Origin: Eledone cirrhosa
Taxonomy: Eukaryota
Direction of reading: 5' to 3'
Length of the DNA: 64,000 nt
Assembly (NCBI GenBank): GCA_964016885.1
Contig: OZ024742.1
Coordinates: 167,648,001-167,712,000 of the forward strand
In this document: positions 52,101-64,000 of the stretch, piece after piece
Layout of the letters: each line of letters opens with the position of its first letter
Position numbering within the stretch: position 1 is the stretch's first letter
The notes under the pieces: model-generated
What the model saw: only the letters and a program-made list of their open reading frames with translations
What the model was told of the DNA's origin: nothing
The model's database searches: none
Made by a program: the position numbers and the translations under genes

Positions 52101-52690
52101 AGGGGGAGATAATTTGTAAAAAAAATCAAGGGGAGATAATTTCCAGCCGTCCAAGGGAAGATAATTTCCAGCACTCCAAGGGGCTATAATTTCCAGTGTC
52201 CAAGGGGAGATAATTTCCAGCCAGCGAAGGGGAGATAATTTTTTTAAAAAAATCAGGGGGAGATATGTAAAAAAAATCAGAGGGAGATAATTTCCAGCCG
52301 TCCAAAGAGAGATAATTTCTAGCCGTCCAAGGGGAGAAAATTTCCAGCCAAGGGGAGATAATTTCCAGCCGTCCAAGGGGAGATAATTTTTTAAAAAATC
52401 AGGGGGAGATAATTTGTAAAAACAAAATCAAGGGCAGATAATTTCCAGCTGTCCAAGGGGAGATAGTTTCCAGCCGTGCAAGGGGAGATAATTTCCAGCC
52501 GTCCAAGGGGAGATAATTTCCATACTTCCAAGGGGAGATAATTTCCAGCCGTCCAAGGGGAGATAATTTCCCGCCAGCCAAGGGAAGATAATTTGTAAAA
52601 AAATCAGGGGGAGATAATTTGTAAAAAAAAAATCAGGGGGAGATAATTTGTAAAAAAAAAATCAGGGGTAGATAATTTGTAAAAAAAATC
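49200..52690 (+). repeat. Duplicate of ~38880-42310 (offset 10324, rising to 10380)
   Basis: ORF pairs 39417/49741, 39955/50279, 41116/51496 and 42019/52399. Private variants GAGATGATTTTT and CAGGGAGAGA. Confidence 0.88.
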
Positions 52691-53349
52691 AGGGCTAGAT
52701 AATTTGTAAAAAAAAATCAGGGGAAGATAATTTGTAAAAAAAAATCAGGGGGAGATAATTTGTAAAAAAATCAAGGGGAGATAATATGCAGCCGTCCAAG
52801 GGGAGATAATTTTCAGCCCTCGAAGGGGCTATAATTTCCAGCGTCCAAGGGGAGATAATTTCCAGCCAGCGAAGGGGAGATAATTTTTTTAAAAAAATCA
52901 TTGGGAGATTTGTAAAAAAAATCAGGGGGAGATAATTAGTAAAAAAAATCAAGGGGAGATAATTTCCAGCCGTCCAAGGGGAGGTAATATCTAGCCGTCC
53001 AAGGGGAGATAATTTCCAGCCGTCCAAGGGGAGATAATTTCCAGCCGTCCAAGGGTAGATAATATCCAGCCGTCCAAGTAGACATTTTCCAGCCGTCCAA
53101 GGAGAGGTAATTTCTAGCCGTCCAAGGGCAGATAAATTCCAGCCTCCAAGGGGAGATAATTTCCAGCCAGCCAAGGGGAGATAATTTGTAAAAAAATCAG
53201 GGGGAGATAATTTGTAAAAAAAATCAGGGGGAGATAATTTGTAAAAAAAAATCAGGGGGAGATAATTTGTAAAAAAAAATCAGGGGGAGATAATTTGTAA
53301 AAAAAAATCAGGGGGAGATAATTTGTAAAAAAAAATCAGGGGGAGATAA

Positions 53350-55370
53350 TTTCTAAAAAAATCAAGGGGAGATAATTTCCAGCCGTCCAAGGGGAGATAA
53401 TTTTCAGCCGTCCAAGGGGAGATAATTTCCAGCCGTCCAAGGGGAGATAATTTCCATCCTTCCAAGGGGAGATAATTTCCAGCCGTCCAAGGGGAGATAA
53501 TTTTCAGCCGTCCAAGGGGAGATAATTTCCCGCCAGCCAAGGGAAGATAATATTTTAAAAAATCAGGCGGAGATAATTTGTAAAAAAAATCAGGGGGAGA
53601 TAATTTGTAAAAAAATCAGGGGGAGATAATTTGTAAAAAAAAAATCAGGGGGAGATAATTTGTAAAAAAAATCAGGGGGAGATAATTTGTAAGAAAAAAT
53701 CAGGGGTAGATAATTTGTAAAAAAAAATCAGGGGGAGATAATTTGTAAAAAAAAAATCAGGGGGAGATAATTTGTAAAAAAAATCAAGGGGAGATAATTT
53801 CCAGCCGTCCAAGGAGAGATAATTTTTTAAAAAAATCAGGCGGAGATAATTTGTAAAAAAAAATCAAGGGAAGATAATTTGTAAAAAAAAATCAAGGGGA
53901 GATAATTTGTAAAAAAAATGAAGGGGAGATAATTTCCAGCCGTCCAAGGGAAGATAATTTCCAGCACTCCAAGGGGCTATAATTTCCAGTGTCCAAGGGG
54001 AGATAATTTCCAGCCAGCGAAGGGGAGATAATTTTTTTTAAAAAATCAGGGGGAGATATGTAAAAAAAATCAGAGGGAGATAATTTCTAAAAAAAATCAA
54101 AGGGAGATAATTTCCAGCCGTCCAAAGAGAGATAATTTCTAGCCGTCCAAGGGGAGATAATTTCCAGCCAAGGGGAGATAATTTCCAGCCGTCCAAGGGG
54201 AGATAATTATTTAAAAAATCAGGTGGAGATAATTTGTAAAAAAAATCAGGGGGAGATAATTTGTAAAAACAAAATCAAGGGCAGATAATTTCCAGCTGTC
54301 CAAGGGGAGATAATTTCCAGCCGTGCAAGGGGAGATAATTTCCAGCCGTCCAAGGGGAGATAATTTCCATCCTTCCAAGGGGAGATAATGTCCAGCCGTC
54401 CAAGGGGAGATAATTTCCCGCCAGCCAAGGGAAGATAATTTTTAAAAAAATCAGGCGGAGATTGTAAAAAAAATCAGGGGGAGATAATTTGTAAAAAAAA
54501 AATCAGGGGGAGATAATTTGTAAAAAAAATCAGGGGTAGATAATTTGTAAAAAAAAATCAGGGGGAGATAATTTGTAAAAAAAAATCAGGGGGAGATAAT
54601 TTCTAAAAAAATCAAGGGGAGATAATATGCAGCCGTCCAAGGGGAGATAATTTTCAGCCGTCCAAGGAGAGGTAATTTCTAGCCGTCCAAGGGGAGATAA
54701 TTTCCAGCCGTCCAAGGGGAGATAATTTCCAGCCGTCCAAGGGGAGATAGTTTTTTTAAAAAAATCAGGCGGAGATAATTTGTAAAAAAAAAATCAGGGG
54801 GAGATAATTTGTAAAAAAAAATCAGGGGGAGATAATTTGTGAAAAAAAAATCAGGGGGAGATAATTTGTAAAAAAAATCAGGGGGAGATAATTAGTAAAA
54901 AAAATCAAGGGGAGATAATTTCCAGCCGTCCAAGGGGAGGTAATATCTAGCCGTCCAAGGGGAGATAATTTCCAGCCGTCCAAGGGGAGATAATTTCCAG
55001 CCGTCCAAGGGTAGATAATATCCAGCCGTCCAAGTAGACATATTTTCCAGCCGTCCAAGGAGAGGTAATTTCTAGCCGTCCAAGGGGAGATAAATTCCAG
55101 CCTCCAAGGGGAGATAATTTCCAGCCAGCCAAGGGGAGATAATTTGTAAAAAAATCAGGGGAGATAATTTGTAAAAAAAATCAGGGGGAGATAATTTGTA
55201 AAAAAAAATCAGGGGGAGATAATTTGTAAAAAAAAATCAGGGGGAGATAATTTGTAAAAAAAATCAGGGGGAGATAATTTGTAAAAAAAAATCAGGGGGA
55301 GATAATTTGTAAAAAAAAATCAGGGGGAGATAATTTGTAAAAAAAAATCAGGGGGAGATAATTTGTAAAA
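53350..55370 (+). repeat. Copy related to ~7400-9420 (offset ~45954)
   Basis: ORF pairs 8292/54246, 8576/54530, 8868/54822 and 8993/54947. Shared GATAATGTCC and TTTGTGAAAA variants. Confidence 0.82.
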
Positions 55371-58300
55371 AAAATCAAGGGGAGATAATATGCAGCCGTC
55401 CAAGGGGAGATAATTTTCAGCCGTCCAAGGAGAGGTAATTTCTAGCCGTCCAAGGGGAGATAATTTCCAGCCGTCCAAGGGGAGATAATTTCCAGCCGTC
55501 CAAGGGGAGATAGTTTTTTTAAAAAATCAGCCGGAGATAATTTGTAAAAAAAAAATCAGGGGGAGATAATTTGTAAAAAAAAATCAGGGGGAGATAATTT
55601 GTAAAAAAAAATCAGGGGGAGATAATTTGTAAAAAAAATCAAGGGGAGATAATTTCCAGCCGTCCAAGGGGAGATAATTTCCAGCCGTCCAAGGGGAGGT
55701 AATATCTAGCCGTCCAAGGGGAGATAATTTCCAGCCGTCCAAGAGGAGATAATTTCCAGCCGTCCAAGGGTAGATAATATCCAGCCGTCCAAGGAGACAT
55801 ATTTTCCAGCCGTCCAAGGAGAGGTAATTTCTAGCCGTCCAAGGGGAGATAAATTCCAGCCTCCAAGGGGAGATAATTTGTAAAAAAATCAGGGGGAGAT
55901 AATTTGTAAAAAAAATCAGGGGGAGATAATTTGTAAAAAAAAATCAGGGGGAGATAATTTGTAAAAAAAATCAGGGGGAGATAATTTGTAAAAAAAAATC
56001 AAGGGGAGATAATTTCCAGCCGTCCAAGGGGAGATAATTTTCAGCCGCCCAAGGGGAGATAATTTCCCGCCAGCCAAGGGAAGATAATATTTAAAAAATC
56101 AGGCGGAGATAATTTGTAAAAAAAATCAGGGGGAGATAATTTGTAAAAAAATCAGGGGGAGATAATTTGTAAAAAAAAAATCAGGGGGAGATAATTTGTA
56201 AAAAAAATCAGGGGGAGATGATTTGTAAAAAAAATCAGGGGTAGATAATTTGTAAAAAGAAATCAGGGGGAGATAATTTGTAAAAAAAAATCAGGGGGAG
56301 ATAATTTGTAAAAAAAATCAAGAGGAGATAATTTCCAGCCGTCGAAGGGAAGATAGTTTCCAGCCCTCCAAGGGGCTATAATTTCCAGCGTCCAAGGGGA
56401 GATAATTTCCAGCCAGCGAAGGGGAGATAATTTTTTAAAAAAATCATTGGGAGATTTGTAAAAAAAATCAGGGGGAGATAATTGGTAAAAAAAATCAAGG
56501 GGAGATAATTTCCAGCCGTCCAAGGGGAGGTAATATCTAGCCGTCCAAGGGGAGATAATTTCCAGCCGTCCAAGGGGAGATAATTTCCAGCCGTCCAAGG
56601 GTAGATAATATCCAGCCGTCCAAGTAGACATTTTCCAGCCGTCCAAGGAGAGGTAATTTCTAGCCGTCCAAGGGGAGATAAATTCCAGCCTCCAAGGGGA
56701 GATAATTTCCAGCCAGCCAAGGGGAGATAATTTGTAAAAAAATCAGGGGGAGATAATTTGTAAAAAAAATCAGGGGGAGATAATTTGTAAAAAAAATCAA
56801 GGGGAGATAATTTCCAGCCGTCCAAGGGGAGATAATTTTCAGCCGTCCAAGGGGAGATAATTTCCCGCCAGCCAAGGGAAGATAATATTTAAAAAAATCA
56901 GGCGGAGATAATTTGTAAAAAAAATCAGGGGGAGATAATTTGTAAAAAAATCAGGGGGAGTTAATTTGTAAAAAAAAAATCAGGGGGAGATAATTTGTAA
57001 AAAAAATCAGGGGGAGATAATTTGTAAAAAAAAATCAGGGGGAGATAATTTGTAAAAAAAAATCAGGGGGAGATAATTTGTAAAAAAAATCAAGGGGAGA
57101 TAATTTCCAGCCGTCCAAGGAGAGATAATTTAAAAAAAAAATCAGGCGGAGATAATTTGTAAAAAAAAATCAAGGGGAGATAATTTGTAAAAAAAAATCA
57201 GGGGGAGATAATTTGTAAAAAAAATCAAGGGGAGATAATTTCCAGCCGTCCAAGGGAAGATAATTTCCAGCACTCCAAGGGGCTATAATTTCCAGTGTCC
57301 AAGGGGAGATAATTTCCAGCCAGCGAAGGGGAGATAATTTTTTTTAAAAAATCAGGGGGAGATATGTAAAAAAAATCAGAGGGAGATAATTTCTAAAAAA
57401 AATCAAAGGGAGATAATTTCCAGCCGTCCAAAGAGAGATAATTTCTAGCCGTCCAAGGGGAGATAATTTCCAGCCAAGGGGAGATAATATCCAGCCGTCC
57501 AAGGGGAGATAATTTTTTAAAAAATCAGGTGGAGATAATTTGTAAAAAAAATCAGGGGGAGATAATTTGTAAAAACAAAATCAAGGGCAGATAATTTCCA
57601 GCTGTCCAAGGGGAGATAATTTCCAGCCGTGCAAGGGGAGATAATTTCCAGCCGTCCAAGGGGAGATAATTTCCATCCTTCCAAGGGGAGATAATCTCCA
57701 GCCGTCCAAGGGGAGATAATTTCCCGCCAGCCAAGGGAAGATAATTTTTAAAAAAATCAGGCGGAGATAATTTGTAAAAAAAATCAAGGGGAGATAATTT
57801 GTAAAAAAAAATCAGGGGGAGATAATTTGTAAAAAAAATCAAGGGGAGATAATTTCCAGCCGTCCAAGGGAAGATAATTTCCAGCACTCCAAGGGGCTAT
57901 AATTTCCAGTGTCCAAGGGGAGATAATTTCCAGCCAGCGAAGGGGAGATAATTTTTTTAAAAAAATCAGGGGGAGATATGTAAAAAAAATCAGAGGGAGA
58001 TAATTTCCAGCCGTCCAAAGAGAGATAATTTCTAGCCGTCCAAGGGGAGAAAATTTCCAGCCAAGGGGAGATAATTTCCAGCCGTCCAAGGGGAGATAAT
58101 TTTTTAAAAAATCAGGGGGAGATAATTTGTAAAAACAAAATCAAGGGCAGATAATTTCCAGCTGTCCAAGGGGAGATAGTTTCCAGCCGTGCAAGGGGAG
58201 ATAATTTCCAGCCGTCCAAGGGGAGATAATTTCCAGCCGTCCAAGGGGAGATAATTTCCCGCCAGCCAAGGGAAGATAATTTGTAAAAAAATCAGGGGGA

Positions 58301-61300
58301 GATAATTTGTAAAAAAAAAATCAGGGGGAGATAATTTGTAAAAAAAAATCAGGGGGAGATAATTTGTAAAAAAAAAATCAGGGGTAGATAATTTGTAAAA
58401 AAAATCAGGGCTAGATAATTTGTAAAAAAAAATCAGGGGGAGATAATTTGTAAAAAAAAATCAGGGGGAGATAATTTGTAAAAAAATCAAGGGGAGATAA
58501 TATGCAGCCGTCCAAGGGGAGATAATTTTCAGCCGTCCAAGGAGAGGTAATTTCTAGCCGTCCAAGGGGAGATAATTTCCAGCCGTCCAAGGGGAGATAA
58601 TTTCCAGCCGTCCAAGGGGAGATAGTTTTTTTAAAAAATCAGCCGGAGATAATTTGTAAAAAAAAAATCAGGGGGAGATAATTTGTTAAAAAAAATCAGG
58701 GGGAGATAATTTGTAAAAAAAAATCAGGGGGAGATAATTTGTAAAAAAAATCAAGGGGAGATAATTTCCAGCCGTCCAAGGGAAGATAATTTCCAGCCCT
58801 CGAAGGGGCTATAATTTCCAGCGTCCAAGGGGAGATAATTTCCAGCCGTCCAAGGGAAGATAATTTCCAGCCCTCGAAGGGGCTATAATTTCCAGCCGTC
58901 CAAGGGTAGATAATATCCAGCCGTCCAAGTAGACATATTTTCCAGCCGTCCAAGGAGAGGTAATTTCTAGCCGTCCAAGGGGAGATAAATTCCAGCCTCC
59001 AAGGGGAGATAATTTCCAGCCAGCCAAGGGGAGATAATTTGTAAAAAAATCAGGGGAGATAATTTGTAAAAAAAATCAGGGGGAGATAATTTGTAAAAAA
59101 AAATCAGGGGGAGATAATTTGTAAAAAAAAATCAGGGGGAGATAATTTGTAAAAAAAATCAGGGGGAGATAATTTGTAAAAAAAAATCAGGGGGAGATAA
59201 TTTGTAAAAAAAAATCAGGGGGAGATAATTTGTAAAAAAAAATCAGGGGGAGATAATTTGTAAAAAAAATCAAGGGGAGATAATATGCAGCCGTCCAAGG
59301 GGAGATAATTTTCAGCCGTCCAAGGAGAGGTAATTTCTAGCCGTCCAAGGGGAGATAATTTCCAGCCGTCCAAGGGGAGATAATTTCCAGCCGTCCAAGG
59401 GGAGATAGTTTTTTTAAAAAATCAGCCGGAGATAATTTGTAAAAAAAAAATCAGGGGGAGATAATTTGTAAAAAAAAATCAGGGGGAGATAATTTGTAAA
59501 AAAAAATCAGGGGGAGATAATTTGTAAAAAAAATCAAGGGGAGATAATTTCCAGCCGTCCAAGGGGAGATAATTTCCAGCCGTCCAAGGGGAGGTAATAT
59601 CTAGCCGTCCAAGGGGAGATAATTTCCAGCCGTCCAAGAGGAGATAATTTCCAGCCGTCCAAGGGTAGATAATATCCAGCCGTCCAAGGAGACATATTTT
59701 CCAGCCGTCCAAGGAGAGGTAATTTCTAGCCGTCCAAGGGGAGATAAATTCCAGCCTCCAAGGGGAGATAATTTGTAAAAAAATCAGGGGGAGATAATTT
59801 GTAAAAAAAATCAGGGGGAGATAATTTGTAAAAAAAAATCAGGGGGAGATAATTTGTAAAAAAAATCAGGGGGAGATAATTTGTAAAAAAAAATCAAGGG
59901 GAGATAATTTCCAGCCGTCCAAGGGGAGATAATTTTCAGCCGCCCAAGGGGAGATAATTTCCCGCCAGCCAAGGGAAGATAATATTTAAAAAATCAGGCG
60001 GAGATAATTTGTAAAAAAAATCAGGGGGAGATAATTTGTAAAAAAATCAGGGGGAGATAATTTGTAAAAAAAAAATCAGGGGGAGATAATTTGTAAAAAA
60101 AATCAGGGGGAGATGATTTGTAAAAAAAATCAGGGGTAGATAATTTGTAAAAAGAAATCAGGGGGAGATAATTTGTAAAAAAAAATCAGGGGGAGATAAT
60201 TTGTAAAAAAAATCAAGAGGAGATAATTTCCAGCCGTCGAAGGGAAGATAGTTTCCAGCCCTCCAAGGGGCTATAATTTCCAGCGTCCAAGGGGAGATAA
60301 TTTCCAGCCAGCGAAGGGGAGATAATTTTTTAAAAAAATCATTGGGAGATTTGTAAAAAAAATCAGGGGGAGATAATTGGTAAAAAAAATCAAGGGGAGA
60401 TAATTTCCAGCCGTCCAAGGGGAGGTAATATCTAGCCGTCCAAGGGGAGATAATTTCCAGCCGTCCAAGGGGAGATAATTTCCAGCCGTCCAAGGGTAGA
60501 TAATATCCAGCCGTCCAAGTAGACATTTTCCAGCCGTCCAAGGAGAGGTAATTTCTAGCCGTCCAAGGGGAGATAAATTCCAGCCTCCAAGGGGAGATAA
60601 TTTCCAGCCAGCCAAGGGGAGATAATTTGTAAAAAAATCAGGGGGAGATAATTTGTAAAAAAAATCAGGGGGAGATAATTTGTAAAAAAAATCAAGGGGA
60701 GATAATTTCCAGCCGTCCAAGGGGAGATAATTTTCAGCCGTCCAAGGGGAGATAATTTCCCGCCAGCCAAGGGAAGATAATATTTAAAAAAATCAGGCGG
60801 AGATAATTTGTAAAAAAAATCAGGGGGAGATAATTTGTAAAAAAATCAGGGGGAGTTAATTTGTAAAAAAAAAATCAGGGGGAGATAATTTGTAAAAAAA
60901 ATCAGGGGGAGATAATTTGTAAAAAAAAATCAGGGGGAGATAATTTGTAAAAAAAAATCAGGGGGAGATAATTTGTAAAAAAAATCAAGGGGAGATAATT
61001 TCCAGCCGTCCAAGGAGAGATAATTTAAAAAAAAAATCAGGCGGAGATAATTTGTAAAAAAAAATCAAGGGGAGATAATTTGTAAAAAAAAATCAGGGGG
61101 AGATAATTTGTAAAAAAAATCAAGGGGAGATAATTTCCAGCCGTCCAAGGGAAGATAATTTCCAGCACTCCAAGGGGCTATAATTTCCAGTGTCCAAGGG
61201 GAGATAATTTCCAGCCAGCGAAGGGGAGATAATTTTTTTTAAAAAATCAGGGGGAGATATGTAAAAAAAATCAGAGGGAGATAATTTCTAAAAAAAATCA

Positions 61301-62760
61301 AAGGGAGATAATTTCCAGCCGTCCAAAGAGAGATAATTTCTAGCCGTCCAAGGGGAGATAATTTCCAGCCAAGGGGAGATAATATCCAGCCGTCCAAGGG
61401 GAGATAATTTTTTAAAAAATCAGGTGGAGATAATTTGTAAAAAAAATCAGGGGGAGATAATTTGTAAAAACAAAATCAAGGGCAGATAATTTCCAGCTGT
61501 CCAAGGGGAGATAATTTCCAGCCGTGCAAGGGGAGATAATTTCCAGCCGTCCAAGGGGAGATAATTTCCATCCTTCCAAGGGGAGATAATCTCCAGCCGT
61601 CCAAGGGGAGATAATTTCCCGCCAGCCAAGGGAAGATAATTTTTAAAAAAATCAGGCGGAGATAATTTGTAAAAAAAATCAAGGGGAGATAATTTGTAAA
61701 AAAAAATCAGGGGGAGATAATTTGTAAAAAAAATCAAGGGGAGATAATTTCCAGCCGTCCAAGGGAAGATAATTTCCAGCACTCCAAGGGGCTATAATTT
61801 CCAGTGTCCAAGGGGAGATAATTTCCAGCCAGCGAAGGGGAGATAATTTTTTTAAAAAAATCAGGGGGAGATATGTAAAAAAAATCAGAGGGAGATAATT
61901 TCCAGCCGTCCAAAGAGAGATAATTTCTAGCCGTCCAAGGGGAGAAAATTTCCAGCCAAGGGGAGATAATTTCCAGCCGTCCAAGGGGAGATAATTTTTT
62001 AAAAAATCAGGGGGAGATAATTTGTAAAAACAAAATCAAGGGCAGATAATTTCCAGCTGTCCAAGGGGAGATAGTTTCCAGCCGTGCAAGGGGAGATAAT
62101 TTCCAGCCGTCCAAGGGGAGATAATTTCCATACTTCCAAGGGGAGATAATTTCCAGCCGTCCAAGGGGAGATAATTTCCCGCCAGCCAAGGGAAGATAAT
62201 TTGTAAAAAAATCAGGGGGAGATAATTTGTAAAAAAAAAATCAGGGGGAGATAATTTGTAAAAAAAAATCAGGGGGAGATAATTTGTAAAAAAAAAATCA
62301 GGGGTAGATAATTTGTAAAAAAAATCAGGGCTAGATAATTTGTAAAAAAAAATCAGGGGGAGATAATTTGTAAAAAAAAATCAGGGGGAGATAATTTGTA
62401 AAAAAATCAAGGGGAGATAATATGCAGCCGTCCAAGGGGAGATAATTTTCAGCCGTCCAAGGAGAGGTAATTTCTAGCCGTCCAAGGGGAGATAATTTCC
62501 AGCCGTCCAAGGGGAGATAATTTCCAGCCGTCCAAGGGGAGATAGTTTTTTTAAAAAATCAGCCGGAGATAATTTGTAAAAAAAAAATCAGGGGGAGATA
62601 ATTTGTTAAAAAAAATCAGGGGGAGATAATTTGTAAAAAAAAATCAGGGGGAGATAATTTGTAAAAAAAATCAAGGGGAGATAATTTCCAGCCGTCCAAG
62701 GGAAGATAATTTCCAGCCCTCGAAGGGGCTATAATTTCCAGCGTCCAAGGGGAGATAATT
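55000..62760 (+). repeat. Recent tandem duplication of a ~3.9-kb unit (offset 3895, then 3920 after a one-monomer indel)
   Basis: ORF pairs 55584/59479, 56263/60158, 57552/61447 and 57784/61679. Shared SNPs G at 56259/60154, T at 56961/60856 and ATTTGTTAAA at 58681/62601. Confidence 0.93.
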
Positions 62761-64000
62761 TCCAGCCAGCGAAGGGGAGATAATTTTTTAAAAAAAATCA
62801 TTGGGAGATTTGTAAAAAAAATCAGGGGGAGATAATTAGTAAAAAAAATCAAGGGGAGATAATTTCCAGCCGTCCAAGGGGAGGTAATATCTAGCCGTCC
62901 AAGGGGAGATAATTTCCAGCCGTCCAAGGGGAGATAATTTCCAGCCGTCCAAGGGTAGATAATATCCAGCCGTCCAAGTAGACATTTTCCAGCCGTCCAA
63001 GGAGAGGTAATTTCTAGCCGTCCAAGGGGAGATAAATTCCAGCCTCCAAAGGGAGATAATTTCCAGCCAGCCAAGGGGAGATAATTTGTAAAAAAATCAG
63101 GGGGAGATAATTTGTAAAAAAAATCAGGGGGAGATAATTTGTAAACAAAAATCAGGGGGAGATAATTTGTAAAAAAAATCAGGGGGAGATAATTTGTAAA
63201 AAAAATCAGGGGGAGATAATTTGTAAAAAAAAATCAAGGGGAGATAATTTCCAGCCGTCCAAGGGGAGATAATTTTCAGCCGTCCAAGGGGAGATAATTT
63301 CCAGCCGTCCAAGGGGAGATAATTTCCATCCTTCCAAGGGGAGATAATTTCCAGCCGTCCAAGGGGAGATAATTTTCAGCCGTCCAAGGGGAGATAATTT
63401 CCCGCCAGCCAAGGGAAGATAATATTTTAAAAAATCAGGCGGAGATAATTTGTAAAAAAAATCAGGGGGAGATAATTTGTAAAAAAATTAGGGGGAGATA
63501 ATTTGTAAAAAAAAAATCAGGGGGAGATAATTTGTAAAAAAAATCAGGGGGAGATAATTTGTAAAAAAAAATCAGGGGTAGATAATTTGTAAAAAAAAAT
63601 CAGGGGGAGATAATTTGTAAAAAAAAAATCAGGGGGAGATAATTTGTAAAAAAAATCAAGGGGAGATAATTTCCAGCCGTCCAAGGAGAGATAATTTTTT
63701 AAAAAAATCAGGCGGAGATAATTTGTAAAAAAAAATCAAGGGGAGATAATTTGTAAAAAAAAATCAAGGGGAGATAATTTGTAAAAAAAATCAAGGGGAG
63801 ATAATTTCCAGCCGTCCAAGGGAAGATAATTTCCAGCACTCCAAGGGGCTATAATTTCCAGTGTCCAAGGGGAGATAATTTCCAGCCAGCGAAGGGGAGA
63901 TAATTTTTTTAAAAAAATCAGGGGGAGATATGTAAAAAAAATCAGAGGGAGATAATTTCTAAAAAAAATCAAAGGGAGATAATTTCCAGCCGTCCAAAGA
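62410..64000 (+). repeat. Copy of ~12050-13640 (offset ~50363)
   Basis: ORF pairs 12843/63206 and 13373/63736. Shared rare variants CCTCCAAAGGGAG, GTAAACAAAAT and AAAATTAGGG (13126/63489). Confidence 0.88.

Larger units (their letters stand above)
1..64000 (+). repeat. Composite satellite array of two monomers (A 25 bp, B 26-29 bp) sharing the box CARGGGGAGATAATTT; head-to-tail, one orientation, truncated by both window edges
   Basis: Every line read consists of GGGGAGATAATTTCCAGCCGTCCAA-like or GGGGGAGATAATTTGTA(n)TCA-like units. No unique sequence or reverse-complement units were seen. Confidence 0.99.

Noticed and set aside
79-63972. Numerous minus-strand ORFs of 60-246 aa (e.g. 6848-7588, 12254-12949) as repeat-protein genes
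   Set aside because: They are translations of the satellite. Starts are mostly TTG-type rather than ATG, the 25-bp period is not a multiple of 3, indels shift frame freely, overlapping frames give the same peptides, and no domain is recognisable.
1-64000. CRISPR-like repeat-spacer array
   Set aside because: The apparent spacers are only about 9-13 bp and fall into two recurring classes rather than being unique. There is no leader and no cas gene.
1-64000. Telomerase-made telomeric repeat (G-rich strand, 25-bp unit like some yeast telomeres)
   Set aside because: Two monomer types, ordered variants and kb-scale duplications point to recombinational amplification rather than copying from one RNA template. 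A subtelomeric location is not excluded.
1-64000. Canonical intramolecular G-quadruplex array
   Set aside because: The G-runs are separated by loops of about 21-23 nt, far longer than the typical 1-7 nt, so stable canonical G4 is not supported.
1-64000. Pure sequencing or assembly artefact, or adapter concatemer
   Set aside because: Copies carry hierarchical shared and private SNPs and reproducible homopolymer lengths, as expected of an evolved array. Individual near-identical duplications still need read-level confirmation.
1-64000. Assignment to a named satellite family or organism
   Set aside because: I do not recognise the monomers with confidence, and a database search would be required.

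Overview
The whole 64 kb window is one uninterrupted, single-orientation tandem-repeat (satellite) array that runs off both ends. I found no real gene, RNA gene, transposon or unique sequence. It is built from two short monomers that share a 16-bp box, CARGGGGAGATAATTT. Type A is GGGGAGATAATTTCCAGCCGTCCAA (25 bp, 52% GC, one CpG). Type B is GGGGGAGATAATTTGTA(7-10)TCA (26-29 bp, about 30% GC). Length divided by mean monomer size gives roughly 2,400 monomers, arranged as alternating runs of A and B. The runs follow a fixed grammar: about five stereotyped variant cassettes, special block-terminal monomers and a conserved poly-A length pattern (8-7-10-8). These modules are reshuffled by kb-scale duplications into an irregular higher-order mosaic. 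Examples are tandem units of 975, 1248, 1530 and 3895 bp and dispersed copies at offsets such as 5463, 8914, 9985, 10324, 14376, 17391, 45954 and 50363 bp. All listed ORFs are minus-strand translations of the repeat and are judged spurious. The organisation suggests eukaryotic heterochromatic, centromeric or subtelomeric satellite DNA, but the organism and function cannot be determined from sequence alone.
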